From positions 1 to 41,530 of the forward strand of contig JABFSP010000255.1 of the NCBI GenBank assembly GCA_013140565.1: a DNA stretch of 41,530 bases. Direction: 5' to 3'. This stretch comes from Ignavibacteria bacterium. Its GTDB lineage: Bacteria; Bacteroidota; Ignavibacteria; Tepidaquicellales; OLB5. Each line of letters begins with the position of its first letter. Within the stretch, counting starts at the first letter, position 1. The notes below the pieces were generated by a model, which saw only the letters and a program-made list of their open reading frames with translations, did not search any database and was not told where the DNA came from. Below, one piece after another: positions 34,363-41,530 of this stretch. Made by a program: the position numbers and the translations under genes.

Positions 34363-36297
34363 TTATTTAACCAGGATCATTTTCTTTACTTCTGAATAGT
34401 CATTTGTTATCATTCTATAGAAATATACTCCAGTGGAATAATTTTCTCCGTTAAAATCAGCTTCGTAAGTCCCCGGCGCAAAGTTCTCATCTACCAGCGT
34501 TGTTACCAGTTTTCCTGCTACATCATAAACCGTGATCTTTACAAAATTATTCTTACCTGTTGAAGGTACTGTGAACTTTATTTTTGTAACAGGATTGAAC
34601 GGGTTCGGGTAGTTCTGCTGTAAGCCGAATCTTTCAGGTATTTCCGCGGAAATTTGTTTGATACCGATAACAAAGTTTATCAGGGGAAGCTCAATGTATG
34701 ACTTTGAATTATTGTTTATGTAAACTTTGTTCGATGCCGCCTTAAGCGAAGGGAGCATGAACGGGTTGGTTCTTAAGAATGTATCAGTAGTATCATTGTT
34801 GAAATCATACAGCGGTACATTATCAATATTGGTAAGCTTCAGTCTTATCTTCTCACCTGCGCGGAAAACATGTGAGTATGCCTGCCCGTTAACATATTTT
34901 TGTTTAACCTGGTTGGCAGAATACTCCCTGTCGGTCCAGTTAATGCGTGTAACAAGCTTTTCATCGCCGTTTGGTCTAACAGCCCAAACCTGCATATTAT
35001 ACTGGCAAATTTCATTTGCCGTAGATGAATAGTATAGGTAAGCGAAAGGCGTACCTGCCATGGTCGCATCCTGAAGTAATGCGGGTGTATCAAAATAAAT
35101 TTCGTCTTTCTGGAATTTCGCCTCAAACAGCGGACCTCGGAACTCTGTATTCACAAGGTACTCCATTGTTACATTCGGGTCAAGTACATCATTTGTGAAG
35201 CTTACGTTTGACTGCGCGCCGCCGTAACCATATACCTGCAATTGGTTTGATGGATGCAGATACAGTTTCACATTCTGCACGCCTGCAGGCGGCCATGTAG
35301 GTGAGTTACTGCGAACCCACGTCCATTCACTGTTACTTGCGGGGAAACGGCTTGAGGCATATGTGAACTTCTGGTTCACATCCATTACGTTATTTTGTAT
35401 TCCGTGCAGGTGAAAATTAAGCCATTTGGTTAATACCTGGTCTTTGTAATTTTCTTCTGCCTGAATAAAATCGCTGCCATGCCCATCCATTGCCCCAAAA
35501 TACATTTTAATATTGTTATAGGGCAATATGTATGCGCTTTGTATCATTCCATATGTATTAAAAAATTTATCCTGCCATGCGTTCTGCACCAGTATTGGTA
35601 TCTGGCAGTTGCCAACCTGCCCAAGAAAATCACGATCAATCGGCAGATAGTAATTCAGGCTATCCCATTTTTCTTTTGTGTTGGCATATATCCACGGTTT
35701 AAACCTGCTAACCAGCGGATTGTATCTTACAATATTGGAAGGGTAACCGCATGTCCACAGGAATGTCATCTTAATGCCGCCGTTCTCTATCCAGTTTGAA
35801 CCTTGTGTAGGTGATGCCAGATCCGTAATGATGGTTTTAACATCTAACCAGGTGCATGCAGCCATAAACGGTATTATCCCGCCCTGCGAACCGCCGTGTA
35901 TAAAAATTTTATTGTCGTTGGTGTTATTATCATTTTTAATATATGTAACAACCTGTTTAAGGTCATTCGCTTCGATAGTACTTATGAAGTTTGATACTCC
36001 TTCTGAAACACCCTGCCCGCGCATACTATAAACAAATGAATAATAATTACTATCCGCAAATTCCATCGCGCTTGGCAGCTCAATGAATTTGGATAACCCG
36101 TAACCATGCGTGATAATTGCCACCGGCCAGCCTCCGGCTGGTGGTGTGCCGTTTGGGATAAGTTTGGTGCAATCCAGCTTAACTCCATCAGAGAGCGTAA
36201 GCATGAAATCAACCCGTGAATATGAACTGCCTGCGGGTTTTGCGGCAGCATTTATAATAAAAGTGAAAATTAAAGCTAATAGTAATAAATATCTCAT
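34363..36297 (-). CDS. Secreted alpha/beta hydrolase, CocE/NonD (peptidase S15)-like, with T9SS C-terminal sorting domain
   Basis: It has a signal peptide, an S15-like N-terminus (DGVKLDCTKLIP...WPVAIITHGYG...SMRGQGVSEG) and a nucleophile elbow IHGGSQGG. The T9SS tail is QQNYPNPFNPVTKIKF...GVYFYRMI...KKMILVK. Confidence 0.7.
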   Translation of the reverse strand: MRYLLLLALIFTFIINAAAKPAGSSYSRVDFMLTLSDGVKLDCTKLIPNGTPPAGGWPVAIITHGYGLSKFIELPSAMEFADSNYYSFVYSMRGQGVSEGVSNFISTIEANDLKQVVTYIKNDNNTNDNKIFIHGGSQGGIIPFMAACTWLDVKTIITDLASPTQGSNWIENGGIKMTFLWTCGYPSNIVRYNPLVSRFKPWIYANTKEKWDSLNYYLPIDRDFLGQVGNCQIPILVQNAWQDKFFNTYGMIQSAYILPYNNIKMYFGAMDGHGSDFIQAEENYKDQVLTKWLNFHLHGIQNNVMDVNQKFTYASSRFPASNSEWTWVRSNSPTWPPAGVQNVKLYLHPSNQLQVYGYGGAQSNVSFTNDVLDPNVTMEYLVNTEFRGPLFEAKFQKDEIYFDTPALLQDATMAGTPFAYLYYSSTANEICQYNMQVWAVRPNGDEKLVTRINWTDREYSANQVKQKYVNGQAYSHVFRAGEKIRLKLTNIDNVPLYDFNNDTTDTFLRTNPFMLPSLKAASNKVYINNNSKSYIELPLINFVIGIKQISAEIPERFGLQQNYPNPFNPVTKIKFTVPSTGKNNFVKITVYDVAGKLVTTLVDENFAPGTYEADFNGENYSTGVYFYRMITNDYSEVKKMILVK

Positions 36298-36442
36298 TTA
36301 ATTGGGGGATAATTGACGTAATACCATTATAAATTTAGCATTTAAAAATGAATTGTGCAATAGGAGATACATAGGTTTCGGGAAGAATGTATTATTTCCC
36401 GATTTCTTTATATATATCACAGTTTTAATTATATTTGTAGAT

Positions 36443-37402
36443 ATGGAACAATTAGTAATATCTACATGGAAGCATGGCATTGCCGCCAATGAAAAGGCAG
36501 TTGAAATTCTCAATAATGGCGGTACTTCGCTGGATGCGGTGGAACATGGCGTTAGAGTAGCCGAAGATGACCCGAATGTACTGAGTGTTGGTTACGGCGG
36601 TCTGCCTGATGCCGAAGGCAGGGTAACACTTGATGCCGCAATTATGGATTGGAAAGCGCGCATTGGGGCAGTAATTTGCGTTGAGCACATTAAGAATCCG
36701 GTTTCAGTTGCGAGACTGATACTTGAAAGGACTGAACATGTTTGCCTTGCCGGCGAAGGCGCATATAATTTTGCCATAACAAACGGCTTTCAGCCTGATA
36801 TTCTGCACACAGAAGGTTCGATCAAGAAATACATTGAATGGAAAAAAGGGCTCTACGGCAGGTCGCAGGAATTCCATACTGATGAGTATAAAGTAAAAAA
36901 ATCCGGCGGACTTGGCATTAATGATGATGGCAACCATGATACCATTGGTATGGTTGCTATAGATAAGAACGGACACATTTCAGCTTCATGTACAACAAGC
37001 GGAACGGCTTGGAAACTGCATGGCAGGGTTGGAGACTCTCCCATTATTGGTGCGGGGCTTTACGTTGATGGTGAAGTTGGCGGCGCTGCTTCAACAGGAC
37101 GTGGAGAAGAGTGTGTAAGGGCATGCGGAAGTTTCCTGGTTGTGGAAATGATGGCACAGGGAATGTCGCCCCAGGAAGCGTGTGAGTACGCCGTGAAACG
37201 CGTAATCAAACTTAATCTCCTTTCTCATGTAAACCGTGACCACGATTACCAGGTTGGATTCATAGCAGTGAATGTTAAAGGCGAGTATGGCGCAGCAAGC
37301 GTGAGAGAAGGATTTGAATATGCATTAGCAGCTGGCGGTAAAAATACACTTACAAAAAGTAAATATATTATTGACGAAAAATTTGAAATTGAAGACCTTT
37401 GA
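36443..37402 (+). CDS. N4-(beta-N-acetylglucosaminyl)-L-asparaginase (glycosylasparaginase), Ntn hydrolase
   Basis: LVISTWKHG, LDAVEHGVRVAEDDPNVLSVGYGGLPDAEGRVTLDAAIMD, HIKNPVSVAR, the autoprocessing site NHDTIGMVAID, and HGRVGDSPIIGAGLYVD. These parallel the Flavobacterium glycosylasparaginase closely. The start is uncertain: ATG 36443 or TTG 36353. Confidence 0.85.
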   Translation: MEQLVISTWKHGIAANEKAVEILNNGGTSLDAVEHGVRVAEDDPNVLSVGYGGLPDAEGRVTLDAAIMDWKARIGAVICVEHIKNPVSVARLILERTEHVCLAGEGAYNFAITNGFQPDILHTEGSIKKYIEWKKGLYGRSQEFHTDEYKVKKSGGLGINDDGNHDTIGMVAIDKNGHISASCTTSGTAWKLHGRVGDSPIIGAGLYVDGEVGGAASTGRGEECVRACGSFLVVEMMAQGMSPQEACEYAVKRVIKLNLLSHVNRDHDYQVGFIAVNVKGEYGAASVREGFEYALAAGGKNTLTKSKYIIDEKFEIEDL

Positions 37403-39186
37403 AAATACTTAAAGACGCATACGTATTAACATTCAATAAGAATAATGACTTCGGTAGGTATTCTTTGCTTATCAATGATAACAAAGTTACCGATATGGCT
37501 GAACCAACCCCGAAGGGAGCCGGTAAGGTTGCTAAATGGATAGAGCAGCACGGCAGCACAGCCGAAATTATTGATTGTAAGTATAAGTTAATAATGCCCC
37601 CGCTGGTTAATTCATGCCTCCGCTCAGAAGGAACATTACTGCACTACCTGTTAAAAAGAAGGCACTATGAAAAAGCTGAGGAAGATCTTTGTACTGACCT
37701 GATATTCAATTACATGTACCAGGACCTTCAGGGCGAGAGTATTACAAATGACTTGCAGAATATTTATAATTATTCATTTAACCGTTCATTAAAATCAGGG
37801 GTTGCGTATATAAATGAATTTTCGCTGCGCAAAGATATCAATCATCTGAACCCGATAACAAACGCAGTGAGAAAAACCGGTCAGAGCATTTCGGTATGTT
37901 ATCCCATAAAACAGGATGTGAACACTATCAGGGATTTTAAATATCTGAATCCTGCATTTTATGTTACCCAGGAAAATTTGCTTACCGTATATGATATTTC
38001 AGGTATCACAGACCTTAAAAACCATAATTTGAGCAGCCTCTTCCTTGAAGTGGCGGTTAATAAAGATGTGACCGACCAGTTCAGACAAACATTTCACAAA
38101 TCGGTAATATCTCTGTTTGATGAATACGGGTTGATAGATAACCATACTTCGCTTATTAATCCGTTGTACCTTGATTACAATGATATGAAAATTATCACGG
38201 AACGTAAAGCAAACATAATCATTTGTCCCCGGGATCTGAATTTTTTTACATCACGTTATTTTCCGATCGATGATTATATCGGGCACGGAATAAATTTTTC
38301 AATTGCCACAGGCTGGCTTGGTGAAGATATATTAAAAGATATGCGGCTCTTCAGGAATAAGTACAGGGAGCTTAATCTTTCAAGCCCTGAATTGCTGAAT
38401 TCCATTACACAAACGCCTCATCAGCTGTATTTTGAGAGTAATACTGATGGAGACAGCAGTTACATGATAGGCATTAATAAACCGGCTACTTTCGCATTTA
38501 TTGATATTTCCGATCCCAGATTCCAGTTCTTTCCTGAAGATTTTACTTACGAAAGTGTTTGTGATTTTGTAGTTGATAACCTGACCTCGCATAATTTTTC
38601 AGATATAATGCTTGATGGTGAGTTCAAAATAAGGGATAATAAGATATTAGAATCTGATGAAAACGAAATAGTAGAGAAGGTTAATGAAACCAGGGAAAGA
38701 TTATATAAAACCGGCAAATACGATGAACTGAAGAAAAAACAGCAGGCAAGGGAAGTTTCAGAAAAGCTTGATATGACAAGCAGGACCGACGATGAAATAA
38801 AAATGTTTTCAGAAAAGGATGAAGAAGCAGGAGATAATATTGAAGTAAACGATGAGGATAAAGAGGAGTTCAGGATAAAGACGAGGATTCCCGCGTTTAA
38901 GCCTAAAAGGATTCCGGGTCAAAGAAGTTTGTTTGAAGAATTTGAACATGTCAGTATAATTTCCTCCGAAGATTTCCAGGCAACTCCAATGCTTAATCTT
39001 CTTATTACGGATCCTGATTCAAGCAAACCGGTTGAAGATGATATAATACAGGCAAAAATAGTAGATGAAACAATTATTAAAAGGCTCAGCACCGAAAAAA
39101 GACCGGAAAAGCCCGCTAAACCGCTGAATACGGAAAGCAAAGTAGAACTTCCTAAAAATGTAAAGCTGAAATTCGGGGATGATTAA
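37399..39186 (+). CDS. Amidohydrolase-fold-like protein lacking canonical metal ligands, with long acidic low-complexity C-terminal tail
   Basis: The TTG start overlaps the upstream stop (tTTGA). The N-terminus is amidohydrolase-like (ILKDAYVLTFN...IIDCKYKLIMPPLVNSCLRSEG). It has CLR where HxH is expected and IATGW where the LGTDG Asp is expected. The last approx. 150 aa are rich in E, D and K. Confidence 0.55.
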   Translation: MKILKDAYVLTFNKNNDFGRYSLLINDNKVTDMAEPTPKGAGKVAKWIEQHGSTAEIIDCKYKLIMPPLVNSCLRSEGTLLHYLLKRRHYEKAEEDLCTDLIFNYMYQDLQGESITNDLQNIYNYSFNRSLKSGVAYINEFSLRKDINHLNPITNAVRKTGQSISVCYPIKQDVNTIRDFKYLNPAFYVTQENLLTVYDISGITDLKNHNLSSLFLEVAVNKDVTDQFRQTFHKSVISLFDEYGLIDNHTSLINPLYLDYNDMKIITERKANIIICPRDLNFFTSRYFPIDDYIGHGINFSIATGWLGEDILKDMRLFRNKYRELNLSSPELLNSITQTPHQLYFESNTDGDSSYMIGINKPATFAFIDISDPRFQFFPEDFTYESVCDFVVDNLTSHNFSDIMLDGEFKIRDNKILESDENEIVEKVNETRERLYKTGKYDELKKKQQAREVSEKLDMTSRTDDEIKMFSEKDEEAGDNIEVNDEDKEEFRIKTRIPAFKPKRIPGQRSLFEEFEHVSIISSEDFQATPMLNLLITDPDSSKPVEDDIIQAKIVDETIIKRLSTEKRPEKPAKPLNTESKVELPKNVKLKFGDD

Positions 39187-39240
39187 AAAGTATTCTGATT
39201 GAATTAAGGAAATTTTATTAAATTAACCCTGAACTTCTAA

Positions 39241-39624
39241 ATGTATAAAAAACTTGTATGGATACTTGCGTTAATTCTGCTTGTACTTGTTGCTGACAGG
39301 GTCATATTTACTTCAACCGATGTTAAAGTAAATTTTAAGCCCGAAGTTCTGAGAGCAAGTGTGAATTCTGAAATAGTGATCGATGTTGAAAGGGTTAATT
39401 TGCTTGGCTTTAAAGTGCCATTCAGCAAGGTTGATGTTCAGTTTGTAATTGAAGACGGCAGGAACCTGGTAGAACTCACCGACGGAGAGTATTCTGGCAG
39501 CGTTAAAGTCAGATCAAAGGGTGTAGAAGGTGAAGCGGTTATCGGGATTTATTCACTAAAATCAGGCGTACAGATAAGAAAGATCACGATCGTTATTCTG
39601 CCCCGTGATGTTGCAGTAAATTAG
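39241..39624 (+). CDS. Small membrane-anchored protein with beta-rich (Ig-like?) ectodomain
   Basis: It has an N-terminal anchor (LVWILALILLVLVA) and then about 100 aa with beta-strand patterning. No motif was recognised. Confidence 0.4.
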   Translation: MYKKLVWILALILLVLVADRVIFTSTDVKVNFKPEVLRASVNSEIVIDVERVNLLGFKVPFSKVDVQFVIEDGRNLVELTDGEYSGSVKVRSKGVEGEAVIGIYSLKSGVQIRKITIVILPRDVAVN

Positions 39625-39637
39625 AAGTTAGATCAGT

Positions 39638-39931
39638 TCAGACCATCTGTTCCCGCGGTTTACTTTTTGCGAAATAGAATTTATAGAAGATCACCTCAAG
39701 CAATGTAAGCAAACCCAGCGAAAATGCTGCCTTCGTCAGTACTCTTGTCAGCCCCGCATCAGGAATAAAGAAACCTATCACAAAAGCAGAGAATGTCCAC
39801 CCTACGGTAAAAATAATTATTACAAATATAGTACTCAAATACGCGCTTACTTTCGTCTGTTCAACATAATTTTTAGCGAATATATACACAAAAAAGACCG
39901 CGTGAGCATAAAAAAGGATTACTTCAATCAT
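39638..39931 (-). CDS. Small integral membrane protein (3 TM), function unknown
   Basis: 97 aa with three hydrophobic helices. Its start abuts the stop of the upstream sugar transferase, with no gap. Confidence 0.45.
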   Translation of the reverse strand: MIEVILFYAHAVFFVYIFAKNYVEQTKVSAYLSTIFVIIIFTVGWTFSAFVIGFFIPDAGLTRVLTKAAFSLGLLTLLEVIFYKFYFAKSKPREQMV

Positions 39932-41380
39932 TTAAAAAGCCGCCTTGCTAAAAAACATTTCTTTTATTGTTTTAATAATTATCTTAAGATCGAAAATTAT
40001 TGACCAGTGTTCAATATAATAAATATCATATTCAATTCTTTTTTCAATTGATGAATCGCTTCCCCTCAAACCGTTTACCTGTGCCCAGCCGGTAATTCCG
40101 CATTTTACACGGTGCCTGTCAAGATACTTGGGGATCTTTCCTTTAAAAAGGTTAATGAAATATTCGCGCTCGGGCCTGGGACCAACAATGCTCATATCAC
40201 CCTTCAGCACATTCAGAAACTGCGGAAGTTCATCCAGCGAATACTTGCGGAGTATTTCTCCAATTGGCGTATATCTTGAATCGCCTTTTTTTACATAAAC
40301 TGCCCCGGTATTCTTTTCAGCATCCGCAACCATTGAGCGGAACTTGATCATTCTGAATTTTTTTCCGGTCATACTTAATCTTTCCTGGCTGTAGAATACA
40401 GGACCCTTTGAAGTGAATTTCACAATCAAAGAAAGCAGGATAAAAAGGGGCGAAGTTATGAACATGACAGCGAAAGCAAAAGAAAAATCGAAAGCCCGCT
40501 TCAGTATCCTGTTCCAAATGTTCATGGGAATACTTTTTATCTTCAAAAACGGGATACCGTCTATTTCCTGAACTCTGACCGAGGAAGTAATAACCTCAAG
40601 GAAATCCGGTACCATCAGGAATTCCACATTTTCTCCTTCAGAAGTCTTCATCATTTCAAACAGTTTTTCATGCTCAGTAGAAGGTATGGTAACAAGGACT
40701 GTTTCAATATTTAACTTTTGCACAAGATCAACCACTTCATTATACGTGCCGAGCTTCAGCTTATCAGGAAGTGCGCCGTTTGAAGATCCCGGATTTTCTT
40801 CAACAAAGCCAATGATATTGAAGCCGGCGTACTTGTGCTCAGCAAACTGATCATATATATCAAGTGCAGTTTGATTGTTACCCGCTAAGATAGTATCCTT
40901 TAACCCTTTGCCTTTGTTATACAGAGTTTTTTCATATTTTAGAACAACATATCTTCCTATCGTGATCAGGATGATAGAGATTATCCATACCAAAACAAAA
41001 ACTACCCTTGAATACGGAAAAACACGGTAAAAGAATATCAGGCCAAAGGAAAATATGATACCAAATGTTACCAGTCTGCCGATCAGGAAAAATTCATCAA
41101 AAATGAATACAATTCTCTTTGGTCTGAACATTTTTCTTGATTGAAAGATCAAGAGCCACACCGGCAAAACAACAATTGCAAAAATTATATAACCTGTGAG
41201 TGGAGGGATTTCGCCGTTAAATGGAAGTAAATCTACGAATGGTGCAAAGAAAAACCTGATCCAGTATGAAATAATGAAAGCGCTTATAATAGAAACAGAA
41301 TCAGATAAAATGTTTAATAAAGGTATTAAAAATTCTGTCCTTTGAGATTTTTTGTTGAATTTCTGGTCTATATAATTCAT
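39932..41380 (-). CDS. Polyprenyl-phosphate hexose-1-phosphate transferase (WbaP/WcaJ/EpsB-type initiating sugar transferase)
   Basis: It has N-terminal TM helices and a central Rossmann-like region. The C-terminal bacterial sugar transferase domain carries KRAFDFSFAFAVMFITSPLFIL, GPVFYSQERL, FRMIKFRSM, DELPQFLNVLKGDMSIVGPRPE and GITGWAQVNG. Confidence 0.9.
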   Translation of the reverse strand: MNYIDQKFNKKSQRTEFLIPLLNILSDSVSIISAFIISYWIRFFFAPFVDLLPFNGEIPPLTGYIIFAIVVLPVWLLIFQSRKMFRPKRIVFIFDEFFLIGRLVTFGIIFSFGLIFFYRVFPYSRVVFVLVWIISIILITIGRYVVLKYEKTLYNKGKGLKDTILAGNNQTALDIYDQFAEHKYAGFNIIGFVEENPGSSNGALPDKLKLGTYNEVVDLVQKLNIETVLVTIPSTEHEKLFEMMKTSEGENVEFLMVPDFLEVITSSVRVQEIDGIPFLKIKSIPMNIWNRILKRAFDFSFAFAVMFITSPLFILLSLIVKFTSKGPVFYSQERLSMTGKKFRMIKFRSMVADAEKNTGAVYVKKGDSRYTPIGEILRKYSLDELPQFLNVLKGDMSIVGPRPEREYFINLFKGKIPKYLDRHRVKCGITGWAQVNGLRGSDSSIEKRIEYDIYYIEHWSIIFDLKIIIKTIKEMFFSKAAF

Positions 41381-41530
41381 ATTTCACTCAAATATATAAA
41401 TTAGAAACTACAATTTATATGATTGAAATTTTCATCATTTTTGGCAATATTGAGAAAGGGTTAAGTGTTGATAATTATGTAGTTTGTAAATTCCCTGTAG
41501 ATAATTTTCAGAAAATTTGGTGTTTTTACT

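Noticed and set aside
1-41530. Search for defence systems, prophage, integrases, transposases, tRNA/rRNA genes and CRISPR arrays
   Set aside because: No nuclease/ATPase/reverse-transcriptase-type ORFs, terminal inverted repeats with transposase, or tRNA-like sequences were seen in the intergenic regions by eye. A tRNA scan or covariance-model scan would be needed for certainty.

Overview
AT-rich chromosomal window with about 33 protein genes. I found no rRNA, tRNA, CRISPR array, transposase or integrase by eye. Two T9SS C-terminal sorting domains (NYPNPFNP..IKF), many lipoproteins and TonB-dependent receptors, and Shine-Dalgarno-type RBSs suggest an FCB-group bacterium, possibly Ignavibacteriota-like; this is inference only. 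The clearest system is a vitamin B12 island. A cobalamin riboswitch (about 14888-15090, clear B12 box) precedes nine tightly packed genes: a BtuG-like beta-propeller lipoprotein, a BtuB-like TonB receptor, a small DUF6580-like membrane protein, metH, a BFD-like 2Fe-2S miniprotein, a P-loop kinase, dCMP deaminase and a CobA-type adenosyltransferase. A 16-unit heptanucleotide array and another BtuG-like paralog follow. A second module resembles the NfrA/NfrB/WecB exopolysaccharide system, but its synthase lacks the C-terminal c-di-GMP receptor region. Other notable items are a DprE1/DprE2-like epimerase pair outside Actinobacteria, a glycosylasparaginase translationally coupled to an amidohydrolase-fold protein that has lost its metal ligands, a TonB receptor paired with a T9SS-sorted beta-helix-like protein, and several repeat or palindrome elements. 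The remainder is housekeeping (nusB, tsaD, mgtE, an MFS transporter, a polyprenyl-P sugar transferase). All calls rest on reading the supplied translations and the DNA; no database search was run.
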